Part shown: positions 23,126-36,620 of the stretch, piece by piece
Numbering within the stretch: position 1 is the first letter of the stretch
Layout of the letters: each line of letters opens with the position of its first letter
Source: Octopus vulgaris
Taxonomy: Eukaryota
Assembly: GCA_951406725.2 (NCBI GenBank)
Contig: OX597815.1
Location: 160,828,001-160,892,000 of the forward strand
Length of the DNA stretch: 64,000 nucleotides
Direction: 5' to 3'
Notes under the pieces: model-generated
The model's input: the letters and a program-made list of their open reading frames with translations, nothing else
Databases searched by the model: none
What the model was told of the DNA's origin: nothing
Made by a program: the position numbers and the translations under genes

Positions 23126-24352
23126 TTAAATGTGACTTCATAAAGTGTTGAACTTTTAAAAATTTTATCTGGAGCCTGCTGAGATGTTGAAGACAGTAAC
23201 AGGTGAAAGGGTGATGTGAAAATTTCAGAATAGAAACTTACTTTTGAATAATGTATTTTAGTATTTTCTTTCAAAGCCGTTTATACTTGATGTTGAGTTG
23301 AGGGACAAGCAGAAAGATCTCTTTTGAAAACTATTTGACATTTGTTTGATCGATGTTTTTAATGTTTATAGTGAAACTTGATCAATAAAAGATAAAATGA
23401 TAACAAAATAAATCAATAATGAAATATGATGCTAAAAATTATAACCTTTGACATCTGTTTATTTACAGAGAAAGGATTATTAATGATAGATGAAAATATA
23501 AACACAAATACCATACCACTTTGTAAAGGAAGATTTTTAGCAAAGAACACATAACATCTGGCAATATATTGCAATATGTTGAAAGAATCTGTGATAAGGT
23601 TCTGTGTTTTACAGGCTTGTAAAATAGAAAAACAAGGCATTGATAAATGATTTGAGAGTATGTTCATACCATTTTTATGTCTTCAGAGGAGGAAGGAAAG
23701 TTTCTATAACCCTTTTAAAGATCTTCAAGAGATAGTGATCCTTAAAGAGAAGTCCTATGACCGTTATAATGGCTTCCAAGACTGAAAAGAAGAAAAGAGG
23801 GTGTTATCCATCTGCTTGAGACCTCATAGAAATAGCAGCCAAATTACCTTCAAATCTATAAAGTGGATGCTGTTAAAGGTAACCAAAGTCGAGCTGGTAG
23901 TGTGTTAAACTAGGCTACATATAAGGTCAAGAACCAAAGCATTGTGAATGAAAGAATTAAAAATAGGATCAATAGCTGAGGACATGAGTGTGTCAGTGGC
24001 TTCTTTTTTCTGTTTATTTTTTTCTGTCAGACAACCAAATATTTCATGACATGATGTTGAATGGAACATCAGCATTTTGTCAGTCTGGTTCTTAGTACAG
24101 AATCAATCAAAACACTATACATGACAATTAAAACTTGGAATAATGAGGGTGAAAATGAACATCACTGTCATTGTTTCCAGTCTTTCTTGAAAGACATGTC
24201 AAGTTGTGGGGAAAATATTACCTTGCTGGATAAAGGTGGGAGCTGGCAGCAGGAAGGGCATCTAACTAAAAAATCTACTACAACAAATTCCATCTCAGCC
24301 ATGCAAACATGATAAAGTAGACAATAAATGATGGTGATAATATATATATAAT

Positions 24353-24594
24353 GTATAAAAAGCACCATCCGTTCGTGGCCGTTTGCCAGCTCTGTCTGGC
24401 ACCTGTGCGGGTGGCACGTAAAAAGCACCCACTACACTCACGGAGTGGTTGGCGTTAGGAAGGGCATCCAGCCGTAGAAACACTGCCAGATTTGACTGGG
24501 CCTGATGAAGCCTTCTGGCTTCACAGACCCCAGTAGAACCGTCCAACCAATGCTAGCATGGAAAACGGACGCTAAACGACGATGATGATGATGA
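24353..24594 (+). mobile_element. Young RTE 3' end
   Basis: Highly similar to 18118-18357; (GAT)n tail. Confidence 0.85.
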
Positions 24595-24789
24595 TCCCTT
24601 GTGAAACAAATACCTCAAAAATTGTCAAACATATATACAAAATATACATTTAAGTGAAGAAGCTTGTCTTGAGAAATTCATTTCTTGATGAGGCCCAATT
24701 GCTCCACTGGTTGTGCACTGTGTAAGCATCTTGAGAGAAAAGTTGGGCAGAAGAAGTGTCAGATGTGGTGTGCAAGAGAGACGATTGCA

Positions 24790-24960
24790 CTGGTATGGTC
24801 ATTTGACAGAGTAATCTGAATGCTAAAGAGTTATAGATTCTCATCTTGAGTTGACTAGAGAGATTGTAAGTTGAGATATTCTTCATATCATCTAGCACTT
24901 TCTAAACAAGGCCATTATGCTTGATATCCTGGTCTGTAAACCTGCAATGAATTATCTGAT
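24790..24960 (-). pseudogene. Possible RTE reverse-transcriptase fragment
   Basis: NLSSQLKMRIYNSL resembles the RTE IS..TKLRIYNS motif; very decayed. Confidence 0.3.
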
Positions 24961-25199
24961 CTACTTGAAGTTTGTTTCACATTTTTTAAGGTAAATCTTA
25001 GGATAATCATTTTTTTGTTATTGTTCATTAGAACCTGGTTAGCACTAAGTATGCAGGACTTTGATCAAAGATATTTCAGCCATGGCCATCATGTTTTTTT
25101 AAAATTTATTTAATGTTTTCTTCACTGTTTTTTTATTATCTACTATAACAATACTCTTGTATTTTTCTCTGTCACAACATATGAATGAGAAAGGAAGGA

Positions 25200-25460
25200 A
25201 GGAAGGAGTGATGGCAAACTTGGTAGTGGGATGATGGAAATTCTATAGTGAAAACAAAAACAATCAAACAGCGTTTCAACTCTGTGTGAGTATATGTGTG
25301 TGTCTGTAAAAGGGAGGTATGTGAATATTTGTGTGTGTGTGTGTGTTCAATGGAAGTGAGATGGTGAACATTCAATGCTGAAAAGAAAAGTCAAACAGTG
25401 TTTCAACTCTGTGAGTATGTGTATGTGTGTACAAGAGAAGTATGTGAATGTATGTGTGAA
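25200..25460. repeat. Degenerate ~130-bp tandem duplication
   Basis: TCAAACAG.GTTTCAACTCTGTG...GTATGTGAAT twice. Confidence 0.7.
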
Positions 25461-26054
25461 CCAGCATTCTTTCAGTAACAAACGATGATAGATGTCACAT
25501 CTCAAAAGACAACCACTAGATAACATTGACAAGTGTATTAATTTGATTTACCATTCATATTCTATTTGTTTTCTTAAAAATAATTATTGCAATCACACAC
25601 ACCTACACAAACATATACATATACAAACTCATAAGAGAAAATAAGTATTGCCTGAGTGTATCAAACGACTGCAGTTGAGAGGTATATTGTAAATTCGGTA
25701 ATATGAGAATTAGGAAACTAAAAACTTGGTTTTGTACCTTATTTATATATAAAATACCTCAATTGGCCATCATTTTTTCTGGCACAGGGCCAGCTCGTAT
25801 TAATAATATTGTGAGATACACAGGATATTTCACTGCCAATATATCAGATAAAATGACAATATAGAGAATTTTTTGTTGATTCATATAACAAACAAGACAG
25901 ATCTGCGCATTTTCTTAATAAATATTTAGGCCTTTATTTTTGAGCCAAATGCTTTGGTCTTTTTGGTTTGTTTTTATTATTTGTAGTTAAATTAGAGGTA
26001 TGTCCACTTAATAAATAAGAGCTTCACCATTCAGATGAAAACCTGAAGTGTATA

Positions 26055-26452
26055 TTTATCTTTTATTCTTTTATTTGTTTCAGTCATTTGACTGTGGCCA
26101 CACTGGAACACTACGTTGATGGACTTTGGTCGAATAAATTGATCCCAGAACTTTTTTTAAGCCTAGTACTTATTCTATTGGTCTCTTTGCTGAACCATTA
26201 ATTTATGGGATGTAAGCACACATCAACACTGGTTGTCAGGTGATGATGGGGAACAAACAAAGGCACACACACAGACACACACATATACATGATGGGCTTC
26301 TTTCAGTTTCCATCTACCAAATCCACTCACAAGGCTTTGATTGGCCCAAGACTATAGTAGAAGACACTTGCTAAAGGTGCCACACAGTGGGACTGAACCC
26401 AGAACCATGTGGTTGGGAAGCAAAGTTCTTACCACACAGCCATGCCTGTGCC
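26055..26452 (-). mobile_element. SINE family A, full length
   Basis: Reverse complement aligns along 49894-50380. Confidence 0.9.
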
Positions 26453-26934
26453 TATTTGTGTTATTTGGTATTAAATTTTCTTCAGTTCTTTGATATTTCT
26501 GGATTTTGTAAAAGTTTTCTATAACTTATATGACTTATTGATTTCCTCTTGATTTATATAACTTATATTGATATAGGAGAGTTCATAACAGAGGTCAATA
26601 AGTTCAGTTGCCATGAGCAGTGAGTATTCTAATGTTCCAGACTCTTGCCCTGAGAAAGATAAAGTGTTGTCACTTTAATCACAAATGACTGACGCTCCCA
26701 CCCACACCCCACACCCATCCTCTCCATATCAGCTGAAGGCCTGAAATGTTAGATTATTCACCTCTCACAATAACTGAACTTATTTGACTCTACGGTTTCA
26801 TTTATTGACTAATTGTTGCTAACGCATACATCACCAATTTCTTTGAATTTTGTTCTTTACTTAGTTTTATATTAACTTCTTTAACGTTTTGGTTCTGAAT
26901 TAGAAATGAAAGCATAAGTACACCTGTACCATTA

Positions 26935-27205
26935 GTGTTCCATCCATCTTCTCAATTCACTGTTTCTGGGAGCATCATGGAAGTAGAGTTCTCAGGCACC
27001 TCCTCCATTGGGTCCTATCAGAAACAGCTGTCACTAGATTTTCTGATTGGATTCCCAAGCATGACCAACTGAAACTGTGGAAATTATCCACCCTTCTTGT
27101 TCTTGGTCTACTCCTAGGTCTCCTACCAGTTGGCTTGGCTTGAAGAATACATCTTGTGAATCTTTCCTGCAACATTCTAATAACATGTCCATAGTATTGG
27201 TATGG
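26935..27205 (-). pseudogene. RTE-clade LINE ORF C-terminus and 3' end
   Basis: QYYGHVIRMLQERFTRCILQAKPTGRRPRSRPRTRRVD...DRTQWRRCL: canonical GHV.RM, GRRPRGRP and DR..WR motifs. Confidence 0.85.
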
Positions 27206-28839
27206 AAATTTAATGTGAATGGTTGTAACCTATTTAATGAAGAAATTCTGTATTCTGATAGTGGGAGGTACCTGATAGTAGAAAGATCAAGGAAGATGTG
27301 GGTGTCACAGGTGATATTAAATAATATTAAGAATGTTCATAGTTATACTGCAGACCTGTCCAACTTATGGAAATCATAGAAAAGTAGGCATTGAAACTAT
27401 AATGAAGATAAAGTTTTATAAGTATTTCATCTATAATAATGATAGACTATAATGAGGAACTTGAGTTCAGATGAAAAAGAAAATCTAACAAGCAAATGAT
27501 ATTTCTTCAGACATTTTCCTGATTCCATTAATGAATATTCAAAAGAAGCAGATGGTTACAACCATTTCAATTATTTTCCAGCCACAGTTCAACAAATTTC
27601 AAATGTTAGGAAGTATTGAAAACGATGGCTACAGCAACAACAACACTAACTTTAGGAGTCTGTTTCTCTGTTCTGTGAAAGGAAATAGAAATTACTGGAA
27701 TATCACAGCAAACTCAGTGAATCTGCTGATTCCAAGTGACTGGTTTACTATCTATTGCTTTTGTTTGAATTTATTTATTTTTGTTTTCTTATAACTAAAA
27801 TCACTGGTGCACGATGAAATTTCATGTCTTATACAGACATTTAATATTTTTAACATCTACATGACTTTATTACACTGAAAGCTGCCTCTTACAAGAACCA
27901 ATTTCCTAAAGTATTGTTTGATATGTAGAATTTTAAAAAATATTTTTGATAACTTTTCTCAAAAAAAAAATAAATAGATAAAATAAAAAGGAAATAAATA
28001 AATAATTAAATAAAAATAAAATTTTCTTGCCAACACTAAAATTGCTAGGTTTTAACCAGCTGTTATATTACTTTACGCTTTGTTCATTTTTATTTTATTT
28101 ATTTATTTTTAATTTTAAAGAAATTAACCTATATTGACTGTGATCTAGGATTGTTTATCAAAAAATGATAAAATCAATATAATAGCTAGAAATCTTAAGA
28201 AATAAGAATTTGTGTTGTTGTTGTTTAGTTTCAGTTCTTTTGTCAAAGGCATTCCAACCATAGCCATCCTGTCTTTTCCTTTTTCATTTTTTTCCCAAAT
28301 TGAAGTATCTAGAATTACATTATCCAATATGAACTTAGCCTTGTTTTAAGACAGTAGGGTGTAATTTGAAAGTGATTTAGCTGCTCTTTCTAGAAAGCCT
28401 TGAGACTATTTTGATGTGTCCTTATTGTTTCGTATAAATTTATTTTTAAGTCTCAGACAGAAGAGTACATGTATTTAGATTAGAAACTAAAATTAAAGAA
28501 TCACAATGAACTGATGAATTGAGCCTGTATGAATAATTTAATAGCATTTCATTGAAAATATCTTACTGGTAATAAGATACCAGCTCTATGAACCCAAGCA
28601 TAAAATAGAATATTATCACATGGTCAAGACAAAACTGTATATATTAGTAGATTGATTCTACATGTCTGTTCTTGAAGACATGTTCAAAGACAACTGTTGG
28701 TACCATCAGTTTCTGTAAACCCTACATGAGCAACCTGCTTCTGTCCATGGTTACTTTATTGGTACTAGGTGCCCAGCTGAACAAGATCCTTAAGTTATAA
28801 CTGTTGTTAAGATATCAAACAATATGCTTTTATTGCTTT

Positions 28840-29390
28840 TCTTTATTCTTTTACTTGTTTCAGTCATTTGATTGCAGCTATGCTGGAGCACTGCCTTAAG
28901 GCACTAGCATAGCTAGTGTATGCTACCTGGGGTAGCTCTTCTGTTTGCCATTCCAGGACCCCACAGAAAACATATATTGCTTACAGTGGACTCAAAAATG
29001 GTGCCCCTTTAAAAGTGCTGTCCAGGGCAGATGCCCTACCACCTTCACCCCCACAAGCTATGCTGGTGCTTGAAGGGCTTTAGTCAATTGCATTGACCCC
29101 AATACTTATTTCTTTTATAAAGCCTAGTGCTTATTCTACTGGTGTCTTTCTGCTGAACCACTACTAAGTTACGGGTATTTAAACACATCAACACCAGTTG
29201 TCAAGCAATGATGGGGAACAAACAGACATATATATATATATATATATATATATCTGACAAGCTTCTTTCAGTTTCTGTCAACCAAATCCAAGGCTACTAT
29301 AGAAGACACTTTCCCAAGGTGTCACACAGTGGGACTGAACCCAGAGCCATGTGGTTGGAAAGCAAGTTTCTTACTACACAACCATGTCTG
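28840..29390 (-). mobile_element. SINE family A interrupted by hAT-type MITE
   Basis: SINE homology resumes after 29068. Confidence 0.8.
28902..29068. mobile_element. hAT-type MITE
   Basis: TIRs CACTAGCATAGCT / AGCTATGCTGGTG; near 8-bp TSD CCTTAAGG / CTTGAAGG. Confidence 0.65.
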
Positions 29391-30824
29391 CTTAGCTGCA
29401 TTTCAATCATCTTTCGAACACCTCAAGTTCAAATTCAGCCAGTGTTGACTTTGCTTTTCAGCTTTTTGGGGGTGGGACAGTGAAATAAGTACCAGTTGAG
29501 CATTGGGGCTGATGTAATTGACTGTCCCCTCTCCCAAAATTTCAGACTTTGTGCTTACAGTAGAAAGAATTATTTTGAGATGGTTTACTGTGATAGTATT
29601 ATTAGATCTATAAGTGTGGCACAGATGGTAAAACATTGACCAGTAATTAGTTTCATTGATTAACGATTGAGTTTAAATCCTGCCAGTCATCATCAACATT
29701 GCATTTTATCTCATTATTGGTCTGCAGGAAATATTTACTATATTCAGTTCAATAGGCTACAGTTGCTCCAATGCATCATCTGTGTATGTGTGTATGTATG
29801 TGTGTAAAGGTACAAATTATATTATGCAATAGAAATTCAAATAGAGTCAAGAGATCACCAATTGACCAAAGCACACCAAGACACAAGCAATGAGGTGGGC
29901 AGAGTAAACAACAACAACAACAATAGGACTTTTTGCATTGTAAATAGAGTATGTTTACAGTGATAATTTTCAATTCTCAATCTGGAAATATATTATTTAT
30001 CGGCAATGAACTGTGTCACAGTAGCAGGTACTTGTTGAGATAATTTAATTATGACAAGTGTGTAATTTACTCGTAAAAATCAATAAACTGTGATGCAATT
30101 TTTTTTTTGTTTTCCAGAGTAATTCTATATCGTATAAAATTAATTCTATGAATATATAAACAGGGCTTTTTAAAAAATTTATCATACAATGTAAACACTA
30201 ATAAGTTTAAATTAATTATGATTAACAAGCATCAAATATTGTTTAAAAAAAATTTTTTTATTGTTATTTATAAAATAGTAGCTAATTTTTATTACATAGA
30301 ATTGAGAATTCTTACCCTGTGGAATAATGGTTAAATTTATCCCTTCCTCCCCTTCAAAAAAGAAAACAAAAACACAGCAGATAACAGTTCTGTTGTAAAT
30401 AGTTGTAAAATTTGCAAGCAGTGACATGAAGTGGAAAATATGTTAAGCTGAAGAAACTGAAAAATCATACACACGCACAGACACACTGACACACACACAC
30501 ACACACACACACTAAAGAGGAAATGCAATGAATCTTTTTTCATAGTCTGGATTTGTTTTTGCTCTTAGGCATGAATATCACTGTCTGTCTATTCTTTTTA
30601 ATATGTAGTATATATTTGTTGAATGAAAGTATGAAGCTTGTTAAATTAAAAAATACATTTTGATACTAGACATGTTTCCTATACAAGGCAAATTTTCCCA
30701 TTTTATTGAAACATTGCTGAAATCTCTGGAAATTCGAAAATATGATGTTTCATTCTTAATTACAAAAGCTATAAAAAAATCTTGCACAGTCAATGACATA
30801 CATGTGTTGTTTGTAGCAAGTAGA

Positions 30825-31165
30825 AGCATTGTCGCCTTACTAACACTTATGCTGGAGGCACGTGAAAAAAACATTCGAGCGAGGTTGTTGCCAGTGCCAC
30901 TGGACTGGCTCCTGTGTGGGTAGCACATAAAAAGCACCATTTGAGCGTGGCCGTTGCCAGTACCGCCTTGACTGGCCCTCGTGCTGGTGGCACATAAAAG
31001 CACCCACTACACTCTCAGAGTGATTGGTATTAAGAAGGGCATCCAGCTGTAGAAACTCTGCCAGATCAGATTGGAGTCTGGTGCAGCCATCTGGTTCACC
31101 AGACCTCAGTCGAATCGTCCAACCCATGCTAGCATGGAAAGCGGACGTTAAACGATGATGATGAT
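30825..31165 (+). mobile_element. RTE 3' end with three repeat units
   Basis: GGCAC(G/A)T.AAAA..CA units; terminal block and (GAT)n. Confidence 0.85.
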
Positions 31166-31199
31166 GTAAATGGTATCAGAAAATGTAGGATTTCAAGTT

Positions 31200-32050
31200 A
31201 CAGATAAATCTACAAGCAGTGACCCTTCTACATGCAGCCATTGCATAATTTATCGAATGGTATTAGTACCTAAAAGAATTTATCAAAAGGTGTTAATGTC
31301 TAAAGAAAATTTTTTAAAGTTGAGGTGCACTAAATGTAGGATGCAATTAAAATTACTAATTTTATAAGAAGTTATGCATTGAACAGCAAATAACTCTCAT
31401 AGCAAATCTATACCAGGGTGTTAGATCTTGATTGATCAAAGGTATGAGGTTCCAGATGTCTAGTAGACTAAACCAAATAATGTCAGAAAAGAACTTCAAC
31501 CTTGCCAAATTATTTTATTTTTACAGCCAGAATTGGCTTTACAAATTTTACTATTTGTCAGACACATGTAGAAAGCTTCATGAATTTAATGTGTCTCTGC
31601 AAAGAGAGAACAAAAAAGTTTTCAATTTGGAAGTTAAACACAGATGTGTTCATAAATAAAATAAATCTATGGACACATGCTGTGGAAAATTATACTTAGA
31701 CACTTCAAATTTAAAATGTTCTCATGCACTAATGATTTTTGTTTGTGAAAATAATTTGCCTTAATTTGATTAAACCATTCATAATCTAGCATTTGGTATG
31801 TATGACAAAATGGTTATGAAAATATTTTCTAGACATTTTAAATTAGATTAGGAACAAATAATATTCTCTGCTGGAACAGAACTTGTGGTGTAGTTTTTAT
31901 TGAATGTTTAAGAAAAAATTTTTAGAGCTGTCTTGTAATTCAGATCTCAAACTTGAATTTTCAAAAATTAACTTAACCATTTAAAAAATTTTTGTTAAAT
32001 GTGTAATCAGAATTCCCTGTACTATCCAAATTACCAATATAAATATGGTT
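31200..32050 (+). pseudogene. hAT (Charlie/Buster-like) transposase fossil
   Basis: SHCIIYRMVL (cf. HCIIHREAL), WLYKFYYLSDTCRKLHEFNVSLQRENKKVF (cf. WL.KLAYLADIF.KLNELNLSLQG), LELSCNSDLKLEF; frameshifted. Confidence 0.75.
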
Positions 32051-32107
32051 CATGTTGAAATTTTAAATCTTTATCATTATTAATATTATTAGCAAATAAT
32101 GATAATT

Positions 32108-32450
32108 GTTTCTAATTTCGACACAAATTTTGAGGGAGGGGTTTGTCAGTACAATCAACCCAGTACTTGATGGGTGTTTTATTTTATTTTCTTGACTCTA
32201 AAAAGATAAAGGCAAAATTAACCTTGGCAGGATTTGAACTCAAATTGTAAAGACTTAAAACAAATATTGCAAAGGAATGTTTCAATCCTCTAGCAATTCT
32301 GGCCACTCACCACCTTATAATTATGTCTAATAATAACACTAGACCTGAAGTTTGTGGGGAAATAGTTAACTAATACCATTTACACCTATATAGTACTTTA
32401 TTTGTATCAACCCTGGAGGAATGAAAGGTAAAATTGAACTCAGAATATAA
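32108..32450 (-). mobile_element. SINE family B copies, decayed
   Basis: AAAGGCAAAATTAACCTTGGCAGGATTTGAACTC. Confidence 0.6.
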
Positions 32451-33554
32451 AGAGTTAACATTACAGTGAGTCAATCGGAAACATTTCAGTGAGCCAAGTT
32501 CATGACAAATTACGTTCATATTTGAAGCTATTTTTCCTTATTTGCTGTGAATGTTTTTTGTTTGCTTCTTAGAAAGACATTACTATTGCAAAAACCTTAT
32601 TTCCTCCTTCTCTTCCTCCTCCCTCCTCTTTGCTCTTTCTCTCCTTGTCATCATCCACCTTCTCATCCTCCTAGAAATGTAGGATCTGTATTTTTACTTA
32701 ATGTAACTAATATATGTTATTACTATTGTGACTAATGCTATAGTTGAGTTGGCTGCAGCTATATGCTCTAGGTAGACCTAGTATTGATTTGGTTTCATTT
32801 CCCAATTAAGCTGCAACGTTTATTTGCAAAGACTATTGGTTCCTATATTTTCTTTCTTTGCAGCATAAAATTCCAATAAATAATTGTCAGTATAAATAAA
32901 GGCAATTTTAGTGTATTTGACACCAGTTCTTTAATGTTTTAAATTCATAGATTTGGAGTGGAAACATGATTAGAATGAATCATATTTATAGCCACTTCTA
33001 TTTTTTTACTATTTCAAATCTCAGGTACATTTCAGTTTCTTTGTCCGTAGAGTACAGATGTCAAAGGGGAGGTCAACAAAGTACAGGATGAATCATTCCT
33101 CCACTAATACACTAATACATTCAATGAAATTGTTCTGTATTGAATTCTATTTTATTTCATTTTTTTGTCTTCAAGGCAGAGGTAAAAATAGTGAACTTTA
33201 GACAAACTACTTCTCAAATTACTAAATGATTGCTAATCAGAAAATATATTTGTTTACATTTGTATGCATATGTCAGTGAGTATGAAATTTTGAGAAAGCT
33301 TAAATGTGTATGTTTGTGTATGACCTGTTGAAAGTAACTATGTACTGGTGAATTCTTGTGTGTATTTATGTATGTACAGAAATGAACTCAGAATAATTAT
33401 GTGTGCATGTATCGATATATTTGTTTGCCCACCACTATGTATATAAATTAGTCAGAACTTATGTTTATGTATGTGTCATGTTATATGTGTCCAGTTTCCT
33501 AATCATATGTACTCTGTAGCATTGATACATGCTAGAGCCTTAAGAGTGTAATAT

Positions 33555-33767
33555 TAGTTTCAAATTTTGGCACAAAGCCAATAAGTCCAGGGGAGGGTGA
33601 AAGTTGATGAGATCAACCCTAGTGCACACAAGTATTTATTTTATCGACCCTGAAAAGATGAAAGCCAAAGTTGACCTTGGCTGAATTTGAACTGAGAACA
33701 TAAGGCTGGATGAAATGCTGCTAAGCACTTTGCTTGTTGTGCTTATGATTCTGCCAGCTCACTGTCT
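33555..33767 (-). mobile_element. SINE family B
   Basis: Reverse complement aligns to 57401-57615. Confidence 0.8.
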
Positions 33768-33771
33768 TTAA

Positions 33772-33991
33772 CCCTTTCGTTACCAAACTGGCTGAAACCG
33801 GCTCTGACTCTGAGTACAAATGTCTTGTTTTCATAAGTTTTGAATTAAAATCTTCCACCAAACCTTAGTCACAATTTATGCTCCTAACACTAGCTGAATG
33901 ATAACCAAATTATTTTACTAAGTTCTTCGTTATATTTAAAGTAATTGAAAGAAACACAGAGCATCTCAACAGAAATACAGCAATGAAAGGG
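33772..33991 (-). mobile_element. piggyBac-type MITE family 2
   Basis: TTAA|CCCTTTCGTTAC...GCAATGAAAGGG|TTAA. Confidence 0.8.
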
Positions 33992-34039
33992 TTAAAGATG
34001 TGGACACTGGGCTTCACTGAGGAAATGACAAGTGCCTGG

Positions 34040-34388
34040 GTGATGTGACAATTTGCTATACTTGATTAGATGCATAAGTAAAATCGCTGTCTTTCACACA
34101 TACAAGCTTATCCTTTCAGATGATAGTGCCACCTAAACAGCACCTATGCCAGTGCTTCATAAACATACCCATGTCTGTGCTGCATAAATGTACGCATCCC
34201 AGTGGCACATAGAAAGCACCCAGTACACTCTCTTAAGTGGTAGGCAGTAGGAAGGGCATCCAGCCATAGAAACCATGCCACAACAGACAATTGGAATCTG
34301 GATTGCTCCCAACAGGCCAGCTCCATGTCAAACTATTCAACCCATGCCAGCATGGAAAGCGGATGTTAAATGATGATGACGATGATGA
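34040..34388 (+). mobile_element. RTE 3' end, subfamily with short ~26-bp units
   Basis: Four degenerate GTG.CAC.TAAA..GCACC units then the terminal block and (GAT)n. Confidence 0.7.
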
Positions 34389-35189
34389 TTTCTAATTTTT
34401 GGTGTGAGGCCAATAATTTTGGAGGAGTGGCAAGTCTATTACTTCGACTCTAATACTCAACTGGTACTTGTTGAGGATGAAAGGCAGTTAGACTTGTTGG
34501 AATTTGAACTCAGAATGTAAAGATGGATGAAATGCCACTAAGCATCTTATAAGCATGCAAACAGTCCATCCAGCTTGCTGCCTTATCTTTGTTTAATATT
34601 AATATTGATGGAGGTATAGCAAATATTCCTTCAAAATGAGCAAACAAAACAGAGTAGCATTGTAATCCTTTTCAATAAACTTGTGTTTGTTTTTTTTGGT
34701 ACTCTATTTCATTCAGTATTTAATTTCTATATAGGAACCTACTTCGAGTAAAATACAGTCTAGCACTATGTAAATTGAATTTATAAATACATTCTATTAG
34801 CACCAACAGATATTTAGTTCTAGAATTTCTCTTATTGCATACACAATTGATTGAACAAATGTACATTTATTAGATAAATATTAAACACTCAGAAACATTT
34901 CCTTTCTATATTGGGTAAAATATTTTTTCTTTACTTTTATCATAGAAAAGTCATTTCACCATTTCAAAATTAAACAGCAACTCAGCCAAAGAGTTTCACT
35001 TCATATATTTTAAAACTTTAGAAATAATAAACTAACCTTTACCATTCAGTGACTATTTACAATTAAATAATTGTTTAATCTTTTTCCTGTTATTACTCAA
35101 TCCTATTACTAATTTTCCTATAATGCAGTAAACTAGTTACTAAAGTGCTAGCAAGCAATGGTGAATGTTGTACTTTTGCTGATGATCAC

Positions 35190-35371
35190 TGTGTGTGAGT
35201 GTGTTTATCTGTCTATCTGTTTATCATTCTGTCTATCTATTTATGTATCTATCTATCTGTCTGTCTATCTGTCTAGCTATTCATTTGTCTGTCTATCTGT
35301 TTTTCAATCTGTTTATCTATCCATCTATCTGTCTGTCTATCTATCCATCTATCTGTCTATCTATCTATCTA

Positions 35372-35409
<38 letters not shown>

Positions 35410-35445
35410 CATCCATCCATCCAGAAAGATAGATAGATAGATATA
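35190..35445. repeat. (TCTA/TCTG)n microsatellite
   Basis: Direct inspection. Confidence 0.95.
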
Positions 35446-35454
35446 GTACTGTAT

Positions 35455-35705
35455 CAACTACCCTATCAGATGTTGTTATACACCATTGGTCACTATGTGC
35501 TTCTTTGCATTTAATGGCTTTTAAATGATGCCATCCTGCTGATTATGCCATTCTGTCACAGGGTTACCAGTTTACAGCTGAATGGACTGGAGCAACATGA
35601 AATGAAGTGTTTTGCTCCAGAACACAATATCCCTACCAGTTGGGGTATTGAAACTACAATCTAATGATCATGTGTGTTTAACACCTTGTCCATTAGGCTA
35701 CATAC
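35455..35705 (-). mobile_element. Decayed SINE with family D-like core and the tail of the 187-486 SINE
   Basis: AGCTGAATGGACTGGAGCAACATGAAATGAAGTGTTTTGCTC core; CTATCAGATGTTG tail. Confidence 0.55.
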
Positions 35706-35719
35706 CATCACACACTATG

Positions 35720-36005
35720 TCATCATCATCATTGTCATCATCATCTAATGTCTGTTTTCCATGCTGGCAAGGGCTGGATGGTTTGACAGGATCTGGCAAG
35801 CTAGGGAGCTGAATCAGGGTCCAGTTGTCTGTTTTGGCATGGTTTCTACAGCTGGATGCCCTTTTCAGAGTGTACTGGGTGCTTTTTATGTGACACCAGC
35901 ATGGATGATTTTTACGTGGCATCACCACGGGTACATTTGACATAGCACCAGCATATGTGCTTATTATGAGGCATCACCATGGGTGCAGAGTATGTGACAC
36001 CAGTA
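35720..36005 (-). mobile_element. RTE 3' end with short tandem units
   Basis: (CAT)n tail, TTTCTACAGCTGGATGCCC, about five GTGCTTTTTATGTG.CACCAGCA-like units. Confidence 0.7.
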
Positions 36006-36195
36006 GCCGTGGGGTTGCCAAATAGGTTGCAAGACAAGGACCTCTCAGCTAAGAAAGGAAACTAAGAGAAGTGACTGAGTACCGAGTGAGAGGCTGGAAT
36101 ATGATAGGACAAGGTTAGCTGTCTTACTACAGAGGAGATACAGCACCAGCACATGTGCTTTATACATGGCACCATATATATACATATATACATAT

Positions 36196-36330
36196 ATCAT
36201 CATCATCATTGTTTAACATTTGCTTTCCATGCTAGCATGAGTTGGACGATTTGACTGAGGACTGGCGAACCAGATGGCTGCACCAGACTCCAATCTGATC
36301 TGGCGGATTTTCTACAGCTGGATGCCCTTC

Positions 36331-36331
<1 letters not shown>
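36196..36331 (-). mobile_element. Truncated RTE 3' end
   Basis: Reverse complement of 31030-31165. Confidence 0.8.
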
Positions 36332-36360
<29 letters not shown>

Positions 36361-36369
<9 letters not shown>

Positions 36370-36620
36370 TTTTTTGTGTAATGAGATTAAAAAAACCAAG
36401 GCTGTATAGATATGCTCTAATATCTATACAGCCTTGTTTTTTTTTTATCTCGTTACACAAAAAATTCATATATACACATACTGGCATAGAACCAACGTTG
36501 AACCTTTTATTCGCAACATTACCAAATCTAGAACTTAACTATGGTCTGTCAATAGCACTTATTCAGCATTACCTGACTCCTTTGGGTTTCAATGACACCA
36601 TTATCTCTTATAACCTCAAA
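36361..36620. mobile_element. Fold-back element (hairpin plus tail) in (TA)n
   Basis: ~52-bp arms around GCTCTA loop; tail nearly identical to 11840-11981. Confidence 0.85.

Noticed and set aside
24502-24526. Hammerhead-like CTGATGA-AGCC(TTCT)GGCT
   Set aside because: No GAAA or helix III follows; a chance variant in an RTE tail.
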